Shown: piece after piece, positions 12,067 to 24,839 of the stretch | Numbering within the stretch: the stretch's first letter is position 1 | Layout: each line of letters opens with the position of its first letter | Source of the DNA: Epiperipatus broadwayi | Lineage: Eukaryota > Animalia > Onychophora | DNA length: 64,000 bases | Direction: 5' to 3' | NCBI GenBank assembly: GCA_028023455.1 | Contig: JAQFVV010000003.1 | Location: 28,024,001-28,088,000, forward strand | Translations under genes and position numbers: made by a program | Notes under the pieces: model-generated | The model's input: only the letters and a program-made list of their open reading frames with translations | What the model was told of the DNA's origin: nothing | Database searches by the model: none

Positions 12067-13549
12067 AAATTTACTTTCTACAACCACTTTAATCGTTCTT
12101 ATTTTCAAACTTGTTTCTTTTTTCCATATTCTAATTTCAATAATTATCTCTATATTTTCACTACCATCTATATCCATCTTGTTCCCCTTATCTTCAAAAT
12201 CAGGGGGGGGGGGGTGAAAGTAAATTTCAATTCTATTATTCAAATCTGTTTAACTTAAAAATATATTAAACACATATCTAAAGCAGATCACACCAGTTTC
12301 ATAATTGCAAATCCTTAAAAAAAAAAAAAAAATCAAAGGTTTATTGCTTGAGAATCCCACAAGTTTGAAAGCTGTTTGAATTCGATAATCTGCCATTCTA
12401 CCATGAGAAAACAAAACTCTTAATTAAAACTTACTATATATTCAAAAATTAAAAAAAGCCAGAATGAAATATAATTTCCCATTTAATTTCAGCAAAAAAA
12501 GGCATTAATATTCTACATACTAACAATATTATTCTGCTAAAAATAGTAACTAGTTATAAGAGAGAGGAGAGGCAAGAATGAAATAAGAACTGCCAATGAA
12601 AATAAAACCACAAAAAATAATTATTCTCTTGAATTAATTTATACACCTTAGTTTAAAAATATAAACAAGCTTTTATTGAATATAAAGCATTAAAAAAAAA
12701 AAAAAAAAGATTTTGGGAAAAAGACAAAAATAGAATTGTCTAATGATGGAATTGATATCTAAAAAGTATTAATATATTTGAACTATAATACAGTATTAAT
12801 AAAAACTTTTATGAAGTGTAATTATTACCCATAATATATGTATAAAAAAGGACTATCAATATAAAAAATGAATCAAAGTAGAAAGAAAAAGATGTTTATT
12901 AATATTGCTTTTGAAGAAATGAATAACAATGTATGATATAATGTAGAGAAAGATAAAACAGATTATGTATATTTTTGGAAGCAGGAGAAGCCACCAAAGT
13001 TAAAAACAATGACTGATTATTAAAAAAAAAATAATGAGAGGAATGAATGTTCTATCAAGAAGATTAAAGATCCAAATTGAAAATATCAAGAAATGAGACG
13101 TAACTATAAGCTAGAAAGAACTCTAAATTAGTGGAATTTATTATAAGAAAATTTCATATTTATAATTACAAACTTTTATAAATTTAGCAAATTTTCACCT
13201 CCTTAAAACCGAGGGCTATTTTGTCAAGTCTACATGGAGATTACACAGAATACATATATATTATAATACTAATTAATAAATTTAAAAAGAACATTTTTAA
13301 TAATTAGAAATTTTTTAAAACAGATGAAACTAATACTAAAGGTAATACAGAAGTTAATAATATATTATTTTAATAACAAAATAAACAAAAAAAAAAAAAA
13401 ATGTGAATTTGTTTTTATTCACCAATAAGCCTTTTAGCCTGTATATGGGAGGAGTTTGTTTTAAATTAACTTGTTTTTTTTTATATATTCACATATATAA
13501 AAAAAAAACAAGGGCAACAGAAAAAAATAATTGTTTAGTCATATCTCAC

Positions 13550-13619
13550 CTGTATCCTTTTTCCTCATTAATCTGACATCAATAATAGGAACTCCAAGTG
13601 GTAAAACTTCTGCACGAAT
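13550..13619 (-). CDS. RBM5: RBM5/RBM10-like coding exon 5
   Basis: TTTAG|ATT...ACAG|GTGAGA; 70 nt, phase 0/1; IRAEVLPLGVPIIDVRLMRKKDT(G). Confidence 0.92.
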
Positions 13620-14621
13620 CTAAATAAACAAAATGTATAAGGATTTAACATATTTATTTTTACCAACTATATTTATTGCATTTTTTTTAAAAAAAAGTTT
13701 AATGTAACTTTAATTTATACAACTGCATAATTTCAAATATATTTAATAATATTCAAAACTCATAAATATTTTGTTTCTTTAAATCAGCCATACTTAACCT
13801 GTGGCCTACCAAACTTATATGTGCGGCCCAGCAAACAGATGTGACAACTCTCAATTAACAAATAATCATGTGCAATTGATTTTTTTTTTTATTGATGCAC
13901 TAATAATGTTATGTTATTTTTTTTAATTTCACAAATCTGAAGAACCTGCCAAGTCTATACCAGAAGTGCCAGAGTATCTTCATATATGGCTTGTACTTAC
14001 TCTCAACCCGCTATCTTTAGCATTATCTCAATGATTTTAGTACCTTCAGTATTTTTTTACATAATAATGAAGTAAATCTGTCTTTTCAAGCTTCTGATTG
14101 GTTGTTCCTTCCTTTCTCCATAAGGAAGCGCCAATCCATGACTTTGACACAGCTGCATTTCTATGTTTTGAATTCGAAAACAAAAACATAATTTGCTAAA
14201 CTTTTTTTTAACAACTTGTTTGTTTCTCAGATATTGGTCAAAAATATTTACTTTTACACTAAAACATATTAATAAGGAAATCAATGAATTACAGCTGGAA
14301 TTTATAATTGGATGCTAAGCCTTTATTTTAATTTGACCGCGTTAGATTATTATCATCAATTATAAATAGATATTTATTTTTTAAAAACCTTTTTTGTAAT
14401 CTGACAAATTATGAATTTGCATTTTAGATATTAAACTAAAACGAATATAATTTTTAAAAAATATATATATTTACTGCAATTGACCAATCAAAAGTTTGTA
14501 ACTTTAATTCAATCTGCCAATAGCCAGTGTTTTGAAGGCAAGGTGAGATGTCAGTTTTATACGTGAATTAGTATAAACAGACGTGTAGTATTTTGTATCA
14601 AACTATAATTTAAACACCATA

Positions 14622-14796
14622 ATGATATCTTCAAGCAACAAACAAAAATTATTGGATGAAAATAGACTATTTCAAGATAACTGGGAAGAGGAATATTTTG
14701 TTGTGTTAAATAACAAAGGTTCAGGAATGTGTTTGATTTGTTGAGAAAGTGTCACATTAACACTGATCGTCATTATACCATGACACATTTGTTTAA
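14622..14796 (+). pseudogene. hAT transposase N-terminal fragment
   Basis: MISSSNKQKLLDENRLFQDNWEEEYFVVLNNKGSGMCLIC*ESV...RHYTMTH, typical of the zinc-finger start of GTF2IRD2/SPIN-type transposases. Confidence 0.75.
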
Positions 14797-15644
14797 TGAC
14801 ATTTTTGCTCATGGTCTTCTTCGTTATTGTGCATGCAAAATGCGGGCAAGAGTTTTCAAATTATAAACATCCAGTTTGAGGTTAATATTAACAGAAATCT
14901 ACACAGTCTTTACATGCGCTTTTTACACCTTCGTTTCCATCTTTCTAGTTTCAGAAAAGGTACGATTTTTTTTTTCTACGTTAAAAAATAAAATTTTATG
15001 ATAATTTTTGTGATGAAGTAAATTGAATTTTTTTGTCATTCTTTCAATTTTTTCATCGTTTTAAGGAAGAATATTTGCCCTGAAAAATACATCGGAAAAA
15101 ATACAAACTGTTACCGATGTATTTAGAAGCATCAACGTTATTGGGAGCCGATGGTAAGTATTTATTTTTATATATTTTTTAATTATTATTTGATAAAAAT
15201 ATATGAAAAAAATGATTACTGAAACGAACATATACATTGATAAAAAAAAAAGTCCATGATTGTGTACATTTATATCGTGAATTACCTGCATTTTTTATGA
15301 TGTTGGCTTGGGTCCAGTATTTGAATTAAGTGATATGAGATAAAGATAAACATATTTTGCAAATATTATGACCCGATTTAGATTTTTCTATAATGTCTTG
15401 TCTGCATTTTAATAATAAAAATATGCAAATGCTAAAAGTAAAGATTTTGACAGTACAGTATATATATAAACTTAGACCGATTGTACACTACTGCAATGTA
15501 AATTTCAAAGCTGCATATCAAATGCAAAGAGAGGTGGCAGTTGAAGCAATTACTAAATTTATGTTCATAGTAGCATCAAGCAATATGAGCCTTCAAGACC
15601 TATAAAGATAGGATAAATAATATTACATCGCACTGACTCTAAAC

Positions 15645-16167
15645 CATTGATCTTCAACCCTTGGTTCGCGGACCTATGCCGGGCCGCAGGAAAGTTTGTA
15701 ATAACAAAATAATAAGAGTTTAAACTTTAATTAATATAAACAATTTTTATTTATTTTTTCATCTCATTTTTACCCAATTAAAAAAAAAATAAACAGAACA
15801 AAAACAAAATCTAATCAATCATACATAAATTAATTTGTTTTTTTAGTTATCACAGCTGCTTATGGGGGGAGGGGGGTAGAATTAAATTTTTTATTACTTT
15901 TCTAGAAAAATTCAAAATTAAAAAAAAAAGTTTTTTATTATACAAACTCCATATATATATATAATTTAAATTTATCTTGTATATTTAACGTTGTTTTTGA
16001 TCAGTTATAACAATTATGCTCATCTAAAGCTAAGCAGTTTACATCTTTAAGAAAATTTATCTATAGACTTCTGCCGTCCGCGAAACCTTATTCTTATTTT
16101 TTCCGAGTCGGGAAACCTTATCCTTATTTTTACCGGTCTGCAGGTGTGAAAAGGTTGAAGACCACTG
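15645..16167. mobile_element. hAT MITE (family copy 1)
   Basis: TIRs CATTGATCTTCAACC / GGTTGAAGACCACTG; perfect 8-bp TSD CTCTAAAC; homologous to 45316-45712. Confidence 0.9.
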
Positions 16168-16789
16168 CTCTAAACTAATAACTTATGTACCTCAAGCTTA
16201 ATTCTATAATGAATTTAGTATTTCAATCACTTTTTATTTTATTGGTAATAGTTTAGAGACTGTACTGCCGCCGTCAGATGGCGCTGTGACACCGTCAGCA
16301 AACAGCCCAAAACTTGCAAGTGATAAATTTATTTACGAAAGTGGCTGAAAATCAAATGCCTCAGGCAATAATGTTCAAGAAATACGTAGAAAACTACAAA
16401 TTATTAAAAAAAAAAAAACCAAGAAAATGCTAAAAAATTCAAATTATAAAAAAAAAAAAAAACGAAAATAAATATGAAAGAGCTACCCCCCCCCCCTAAA
16501 ATCTGAAAATCCACAAAGAAGCATGTCGGACAAAGTGTGGAAAATACAAAAACATCAAATTATTTACCTTTCAACATAAATATGCATCTAAGATCATATT
16601 GAAAAGCAATTAATTGTTATCTGGCTTTCACATTACTGCATATCTAAATTGAGCAATAATATTTAAATAATCAAAAAGCAATACACAAAAAATAATTATC
16701 AAAGTCCTTCCAATCATTTGTAGTAGGCACTTAAATGTGTTTAGCATAAAAATCCATTAAGAACATTATTTTGATTTAGAGTTCACATT

Positions 16790-17500
16790 TTAAATAGTAA
16801 CAGAAGATTGAATAATGGTGGTTATTTGGTCTAAAAAATACAGCAAAGATGGCATAATTTGAAGCTTTTAACACACTTGAATAGTAACTGAAAATTAAGT
16901 AACAGTGGTTATTTGATGACAGCATTTTGAAGCTTTGAACACACTTGAATAGTAACAGAAGATTAAGTAATGATGGTTATTTTGTTAAAAAAAATACAGC
17001 AAAGATGGCAGAATTTTGAAGCTTTGAACACACTTGAATAATAACAGAAGATTAAGTAACAGCGGTTATTTGATGGCAGCATTTTGAAGCTTTGAACACA
17101 CTTGAATAGTAACAGAAGATTAAGTAATGATGGTTATTTTGGGTAAAAAAAAATACAGGAAAGATGGCAGAATTTTGAAGCTTTTAGCACACTTGAATAG
17201 TAACTGAAGATTAAGTAACGATGGTTATTTTGTGTAAAAAAATACAGCAAAGATGGCAGTATTTTGAAGCTTTTAACATACTTGAATAGTAACTGAAGAT
17301 TAAGTAACAGTGGTTATTTGATGGCAGCATTTTGAAGCTTTGAACACACTTGAATAGTAACTGAAGATTAAGTAACGATGCTTATTTTGTTTAAAAAAAT
17401 ACAGCAAAGATGACAGAATTTTGAAGCATATTGGAACAGATTTTAACACAAATAGAAAGAGAAAAATAGGTAACGGTGGTTAAAGCAAAGATGGCAGAAA
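16790..17500. repeat. Tandem array of interleaved 68-bp and 89-91-bp related units
   Basis: Anchor CTTGAAT at 16876, 16944, 17033, 17101, 17192, 17281 and 17349; order L-S-L-S-L-L-S-L(partial). Confidence 0.9.
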
Positions 17501-17523
17501 TTAGCAGATTATAATTTAGAAAT

Positions 17524-18378
17524 TTAAATGGATGGTATATTAATCGCTTGCAATATTGCATCGAAAAGATCTTCACCATCATGCAATCGTCGCCACATGA
17601 ATTCATCTAAGTAGGAATCAAGATAATGGCGAGAGGTCTCCCTCTCTCGTTTATTGTGACATTTTAAAAGCCCCCAAAGTCTATCTACATTTTGGGTATG
17701 GGCCCCAGTAGTAGAATCGACAAAATTGTATGAATGATCTACTTTGAAGTGTTGGAAACCTGCAGCATTCAATACATCCATTTTGTAGGCCTTCCAGCAG
17801 TCCGTATATACGGTGGGTCCTGGTGCTACATGTTCTTAATGGCATATAGAACAGATGCTGTTCGATCTGGAATAGCAACAATGAAACACTCATTTCTCTA
17901 CATAAACCACCAAATAACCACTGCTGTGAAAGAATTCTTCCCTGTTGATTTTTAAGTTTACTAAATAAAGTTTCGTCGACCTCTACAATTTTTCCTGGGC
18001 CTCCAATTTTGCAGGATGGGCGACAGAGTAGAGTTTCTTTACATGCTTCTCTCAAATATTGCTTCCATGCAATGACAGTATTCCTATTCAAATCCAAATC
18101 ATTTTTTCCCAAATGCATGGTCAATTGGTTTTTGCTCCAATAATAAATGATTTGGATGGATGTGACAACAATTTGCAGCCTTCCAACCAGGTTCCTTTCC
18201 GAAGTGCTACACAACATTGACATGCCTTAATGTTGCACTTCCATTGCGCCCTTGCATTCACATAAAGCTTCATTTCATGACCATTAATACACACTCGTTG
18301 AGAAGGCAGAACACTTTTACTCTGGAGGAACTCCACTGCTTCAAGTTCTGTCTTTGGTAGATCCCAAACTGTCATCAT
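17524..18378 (-). pseudogene. Merlin/IS1595-like DDE transposase, frameshifted
   Basis: CINGHEM zinc finger, KIGGPGKIVEVDETLFSK, QQWLFGGLCRE, VDHSYNFVDSTTGAHTQNVDRLW and YLDEFMWRR, spread over three frames. Confidence 0.9.
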
Positions 18379-20788
18379 TTTGAGTAAAATAAATGAATAT
18401 CACAGAAAGGATGACATTTAAATTTCAGCTGCTACTGATACTTCAATGCAGGATTTTGAAATGTTGTCTCAAAGTTTGCGCATATTTAATAGTGTATTCT
18501 TCTGCATCTGAAAATAATCCTTATTAACCCTGTCAAAAAGTAAAAATTATCCCCAACAACTTTCATTTCTAGCAGCACAAAATAATTAACATGTTATAAT
18601 AGAACTAAGCAGGTATTTCAAAAGTCTACTTTAGTTACATTTTAATTAAATTTGTTAGCTTTGGAAATTACTTTTTCATGTAAAATGTCTATTACGTCAT
18701 ATTCATTTTGAAAGTACAAACTGTGATTTAATATATTACGGTGCGATTATATTTAATTTGTTTATGCATATGGATTTAATTCAACATTTTCCTAAGAATC
18801 TCATATAGCATACTTATGTGATGAAATGTTTAGGATACTATTAACCAGTTTCTAGCTGTTTCCAGTACGTTCAATGGTAATTTAAAAAATTAATTTCGTT
18901 TAGAGTCAGTGCCATTTTTCATTTTATTTTGGGAGATAGCTAATGGATTTATATCTTGCAAATAATCTTTTTCTATGGCACATCACACTTTGTATTTTCA
19001 AAATGAAATGCGATTTTCACATGAAAAACAATTTTAAAAAACTGAAAAAATCCAAATGCCTACTATAAATGAAGTAAGTAATCGGTAATTATTTTTTGAG
19101 TATTACTTGTTAATTATTAAATATTATTAATGAATTTAGATATGCCATAATTTCAAAGCCAGAAAAAATTAAGTGCTTTAAAGATAAATAATTTGATTTT
19201 GAAAATCTTTTAAAAGTATTTAGTATATTTTTTGAAAATCTACGCCGACTTACTTTGTCAATTAAAGCTATTGTGAGAGGGGAGGGGGAATTTACCTTGG
19301 TAATTAGACATCTCACATTAAAAAATATAGATAACATTTGCAACTTTAAATAAAACGTAATGAAATATTAATCTTATATATATTTACTATGCACAGAATA
19401 TAGTACTAAAGTATATTTTATGGAAAATATTTTCTCTTTGGCAAACAATCATTTTTTATTTGAAATTGCATTGCTATATTATATACATGTGACCGTAACT
19501 TTCTTTAAATAACTCTGCTAGTGTTTGTAGATATCTTCTGTTAAATTATTTTTTTTAATCTGCTGGGAATCACCTTTGATAAAAGTGTTAAGAAATTTAC
19601 CAATAGAAAACTAAATTTTGCAGAACATCATGATGATCAACTCATTATTGTGCAAATGGCGCTGAACCGAATCTGGAACAAGGTAATTTTTCCACTTTCT
19701 TTTTTAAACTTACTATATTTAATTACTTACTATGTATTAATCTGTGTTATGAGTTATTACTATATCTGTTTCTTCAATAATTTTTAAATATTGATAAGAT
19801 TTAGTACATTTTAGAAAAGTTACTGTGGCACGCTTCTTTGTGGATTTTCAGATTTGGGGGAGGGGGGGAAGCTCTCATATTTTCGTTTGTTTTTTTTTAT
19901 AATTTGAATTTTTTAGCATTTTCTTGGATTTTTTTTATAATTTGTACTTTTCTATGTATTTGTTGGACATATATTGCCTGAGGCATTTTATGTGGCGATT
20001 TCAGTGAGGAAATTATGATTTGGGGGGGGGAGAGTATCTCTTTCTCGTACTTTCATGGGTTTTTTTTTATAATTTGAATTTTTTAGCATTTTCTTGGGTT
20101 TTTTTTATAATTTGTAGTTTTCTATGTATTGTTGGACATATTGCCTGAGGCATTTTTATGTGTAGATTTTCAGCCACTTTCGTAAATAAATTTATCACTT
20201 GCAAGTTTCAGGCCAGTTGTTGATGGTGCCGCAGCGTAACTATTTTAGTAGTACTTTTTAATAAATTACAAACTGTATTGAAGTTATAATATTCAAATTA
20301 TACTAATTATTGATCAATATTAACTACTTGTTATAAGGAATGTCATATTCATTGCAAACCCCTGTATGGAAATACATTTTGAAGTGCTACTAGGAAAAAT
20401 GAAAGGTGCTAATGTCTTTATTCTACAAAGTTTTCAAGTGATGGATTACCTTAGGTAAGTGTTATTATATACCAATTTTCTAGAAATTTTATGATGAATC
20501 CAACTAACCTACTAACAAAATATAATTTTAGGTTGTACGCACGATAATTTTGAATTTATAAAATAATATGAAAATAATTATTAGAAATATTAACTTTTAT
20601 TCTTTTTTTTTTATTACTTTGAATATCAATGACTATATTTTTTTGAGCTTAATTACATTCTTTGGTGTTTTATGTTTCAAACAATACACATTATGTCATT
20701 TTTGAATAATAAAAATTTATGATAAAATTTATGATTTAACATAATTTTTTAAATATTCATATGGCTGCTTCGTCAGCCTAAAAGTTAA

Positions 20789-22267
20789 TAAGAAGTGAAA
20801 AATTACCTTTTCATGAAATCATTGCAACAAGATATTATGTCAGTGGCAATCTCATAAGAAGCAGCAATGACATAAGCATCATATGAAATTTCTTATATAC
20901 TTGGCAAAAATATGAAACCATTTACGGATGCTGAAGTTGTGAAAGAATGTTTCATAAATGCTTTGAATATATTATTTGATAAATTTAATAATAAAAGTCA
21001 AATATTATTATAAATTAAGAAATTACAACTGTCAGATTCTACATATTGGAGATATTGCAAAACTGCAAATATTTTAGTTTGGCTGTTGATTCTAGTTCTG
21101 ATATTTCAGCATCATCACAACGTGCTATTTTCGTCAGATACTGTATGGAACAAAATTCAATTTATGAAGATTTTTTGAAATTTCTTCCTATGAAGGATCA
21201 AACTAGAGGTAGTGATTTTCTCAATAGTCTTTGTACCTTTTTGGAGAAGGATATTGAAATAAAAAAATTGGTTTCCATGTGCACTGATGGATATTCTTCA
21301 ATGATTGGATCTGAAAAGGGATTTGTTTCCCTATTAAAAAAGAAATATAATCTAAAAAATCTCATTATTTCATTCAACAAGAAAACTTGGGGGCACATAT
21401 ATCCATTAAGGAAGTAGATGCTGTGATGAAAACCCTCATAAACATTGTGAATTATATTCGAGCCCGTGAATTGAACCACAGAATAATTAAAAAAAATTTT
21501 GATAAAAATAAATAGTAATTATGGTGATGTATTTTTGCATACTTCGGTGTATGATGGCTAAGTAGAGGTAATGTTTTGGATCGGCTTTTTTTATTATGTC
21601 ATGAAATAAAACTTTGTGATCTTAATATTAGTTTGCAAGGCAAAAACAAAATTATTTCACAAATGGCAAATAAAGTATTTGCGCTTGAAGAAAAACTAAA
21701 TATTTATTACCAAGATATACAAAACCAACTAATACATAATTTTCCAACATTGACAAATGCTAAGCAAGATGGTATTGACCTTTCTTCAGAAACCTATGTA
21801 ATTATTCAAATTATTTAGCTACCAAGAAAGAATTTAAAAGTATATTTCAAGATTTAAGAAATATTAAAAATTGTCTTTTATTTATAGAAAATCCCTGGCA
21901 CTTAGAAATAGCAACTATTACACAATTAGCTGCATTTGGACATTATGTTAATTACACTATTTGACGCATTTAAAAATGACACAAATTTGGAAGCCATTTT
22001 TAAAGAAAAAATAAAGAGAAACAAGCATATGGAATTTTGGAAATTAGTACCTGAAAAATATAAAAATGTCAAGAAGTGTACACAAATGCTCACATTGTTT
22101 GCATCAATATATCTTTGTGAATTATCTTATTTGAAAATAAAATATGTGAAGAATGTATATAGATTCACACCTTAATAATATATTAAAAATAGCATGTATG
22201 TAGTACTTATAAACCAGATTTATTTAAAATTGTTAAAAGTTTATCTCAATATCAAAAATCACATTGA
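20789..22267 (+). pseudogene. hAT transposase main body (GTF2IRD2-like), degenerate
   Basis: ASYEISYILGKNMKPFTDAEVVKECF, FSLAVDSSSDIS, LVSMCTDG..SMIG, DLNISLQGKN, LFASIYLCE and the C-terminal QYQKSH*. Confidence 0.85.
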
Positions 22268-23215
22268 TATTTAAATAAATGTTTATGTCAATTAAAAGTG
22301 ACTGCATTTCATTAAAATGTTAATTCTAAGATATAGTAAAGTGATCGACAACCTGTGGCATGCATGAATTGAGAAGTCAGACATTTTTTCATGTGAAACC
22401 AATTGGCTGCCGATCGCTTATATAAGCATATTGCGACCTGCTTGATGTAGTACACAAATATATGCGGCCCAGGAAAGAAAAAGCGTGAGTATAGCTGTTT
22501 TAAATTAATACTTCATTAAAAATCTCATATTTACAATATTTATAACTGCATGATAGAAAACAATTTTTAATTTTAACCATTCATTATATATATATATATA
22601 TGAGTTTGTCTTTCAGATAACAATTATCTATAAGAAATTACATTAATTCTTTGAATCTAAATGAAGTGTAAATATGCAGAAATACTATTTCCATTCAAAT
22701 AATATTAAGATTATTGTTAATATAAGATTGGGAAGAGTTTTTTATAACAATCACTAGCCTACTTTAGCATGTTATGATGGCTGACAAACAACAGTAAAGA
22801 TCATCAAATTAATGGCATTCTATCACTATTAAAATAAGTGATGCAAAAATAAAACCATTAAAGACCCTAAATTTACTGCAGATATAAAATTTATTTCTAT
22901 TTTTATTATTTTTTTTATTTTTTTATGGAAATGAACAGAATCAAAAATTCCATTAAATTCTTCAAATTATATATTAGTTTGTGATAGATAAAGACTAATA
23001 CCATTCTTGTGAACTCCTTTTCTTCCAAGTATTTACGTTCAAGTAGATTATTCATTACTATAAGTTTTATCAAAACTAAGTTTTAATCTGTTAAAAAAAT
23101 TAAAATTTCAACAGTAATTAGGCTTTAAGACTATAATTATTTCTTAAATGTCATTTTTTCTCTAAAATCCAACAAATTCTGGATAAACAAATTTTATTCT
23201 TTATTAGCTTGTTAG

Positions 23216-23640
23216 TGTGCCGGTCGGATTTGTATGTTAACGTAACAAGATCTAGCATCTAGGCAAAAGTACCTCGAATCCAATCGTGCGCAAGATACAC
23301 AGGTCAGGAACACTCATGAACTCTGCCCTATTTGCATATTTCCCAGATCTATAACATTGTGAGCAACAATCCCGATGACATCGATTAATTTACTTCTCAC
23401 CCGCCGGCATTGGTCATCGGAGACACAAAAAGACTCTAGGCTAAACTTATATGATAGAATAACTTAATAACTAGCTATGTTTTATGAGCAATGAAGGCTC
23501 GTGACCTAGCATATTAATTATGTATTGAGCGGAGATCATCTAGTCATATTTGAGCTTAAGTAATAACTTAATATTTTAACTTAACTAAAAGAAAGCAATG
23601 GTTCGAGTTTGATATATATATTTAAGATTTATTAATAACA
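23216..23640 (+). mobile_element. LTR-like repeat of unknown family
   Basis: Starts TGT; the first ~130 bp are homologous to the reverse complement of 40962-41088 (GCAAAAGTACCT.GAATCCAATC...AGATACACAGGTCAGG). Right end and TSD uncertain. Confidence 0.4.
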
Positions 23641-23691
23641 AAATTGTCGGGTTATTTAAGACTCGTAGTTTTGTAATCAAGTGGAGATAAG

Positions 23692-23960
23692 ATGGCTACT
23701 AGAGGGTTGCATTAGATCCTAAGATCTAGGTGCAGTACTCTCAGATTCAAGGCTCCTCACTGACGAAGGCCTCAGAAACTAGTCTGGGGATATTGGATGA
23801 GTAGGCACTAGATGGAGATTTTATGCACAAGCCTTCTGGCATCCATTGATTACTCTAGCTTGCTGTGTGTGGCAATACGTATAGCGAGTTTTGCCTGTTT
23901 TAAAACAGTTATAAGCATAAGAGGTGGTGGTCAGGTGATGTTTGTTGGCATTATACAAGT
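23692..23960 (+). mobile_element. Hammerhead-bearing non-coding repeat (retrozyme/PLE pLTR-like), copy A
   Basis: Closely similar to 49217-49407 and 44260-44510; contains TCCTCA-CTGACGA-AGGCCTCA-GAAA-CTAG-TC-TGGGGA (23754-23790). Confidence 0.75.
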
Positions 23961-24130
23961 TATTTCATGTGTTGAAAAAGAACAATTTATATATATAGAA
24001 GTTTATTATTTTATGAAAATATGAACACATTTGTGTGAACGGATTTAAATATGTTAATGGTTAAAACCAATGTTTTGGGCTTTATACAATTGATCATTTT
24101 CAATTTTTCATTATATTTTCTTTTTGAAGT

Positions 24131-24170
24131 TAATTCTGAAGATGGCCAATAGTGTTTGGCCAAAGTGATA
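24131..24170 (+). ncRNA. Degenerate hammerhead motif of a different sequence family
   Basis: CTGAAGA(24136-24142)-T-GGCCAA-TAGTGT-TTGGCC-AAAG; perfect 6-bp stem II, G12 missing. Confidence 0.45.
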
Positions 24171-24614
24171 ATAACAAAACTTTTTCTTTTTTAATTATAC
24201 AATTATGATTTTAAAAATCGCTTTTAAATATTTTGAAACAGAAACTAAATTTGCTTTGCATGATAAATTAGATAAACAATTTATTTATATAGCAATGGAA
24301 ATATATTTCATTTGCATTGTATAAATATTTAACTTGAATAAAATATTGCCATGAAATAATGTACATGTAAATTCTCAGTTCCATATCAACAGATAATTGA
24401 AGTTTGATTATAAAAATTAACAATAATTTAAATTTTTAACCAGTTATATCTAAAACATTCTTTCATTAAAAAAAAAAAGTAATTGGCAGGTTATATACAA
24501 ACAGCACAACCTGTATTCACGCTGGATATAGATTTTACTACAATTATAGTTATTCACATATAAAACAATAATATATCTTTTACAATATCTACTAAACTAA
24601 ATAATAAAACTTAC

Positions 24615-24839
24615 ATGTTCCTCAGTTATATGCTGTGCCAAATTCCTTAACATGATAGTATTATTTGGTTGTTCTTCTCTCCAACTGGTACGATCCCTAT
24701 CTCTTTCCCGTTCTCTTTCTCTCTCTCTATCACGGTCACGATCTCTTATTTCCCGATCATAGCTACGGCTTTCATAATTCCTTTCACTATGATAGTCAGC
24801 ATCATATTCTTCATATCTATAGTCATCATAATCACTTCT
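24615..24839 (-). CDS. RBM5: RBM5/RBM10-like coding exon 4 (RD/RE-rich, start of RRM1)
   Basis: TTGCAG|AGA...CAT|GTAAGT; 225 nt, phase 0/0; ...WREEQPNNTIMLRNLAQHITEEH. Confidence 0.92.

Larger units (their letters stand above)
16282..20236 (-). mobile_element. Element with about 240-bp long inverted termini enclosing a Merlin (IS1595/ISXO2-like) transposase
   Basis: 16282-16525 matches the reverse complement of 20040-20236 and 19833-19985 (partially duplicated right arm); transposase and tandem array lie inside. Confidence 0.7.
14797..20784. mobile_element. About 6-kb insertion flanked by TTAA, possibly piggyBac-like
   Basis: The hAT ORF stops at TTAA 14793-14796 and resumes after TTAA 20785-20788. 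No convincing TIR pair or transposase seen. Confidence 0.45.
13785..22497 (+). mobile_element. hAT (Buster/Charlie, GTF2IRD2-like) DNA transposon interrupted by nested insertions
   Basis: TIRs CAGCCATACTTAAC (13785) and reverse complement CAGCTATACTCACG (ending 22497); 8-bp TSD CTTTAAAT/TTTTAAAT; subterminal TGCGGCCCAG at both ends; split transposase. Confidence 0.8.

Noticed and set aside
16790-17500. CRISPR-like array or tandem hammerheads (CTGAAGA in several units)
   Set aside because: Eukaryotic context with no unique spacers; no stem II or GAAA follows the CTGAAGA.
20755-20780. CTGACGA on the minus strand as a hammerhead core
   Set aside because: No pairable stem II or GAAA.
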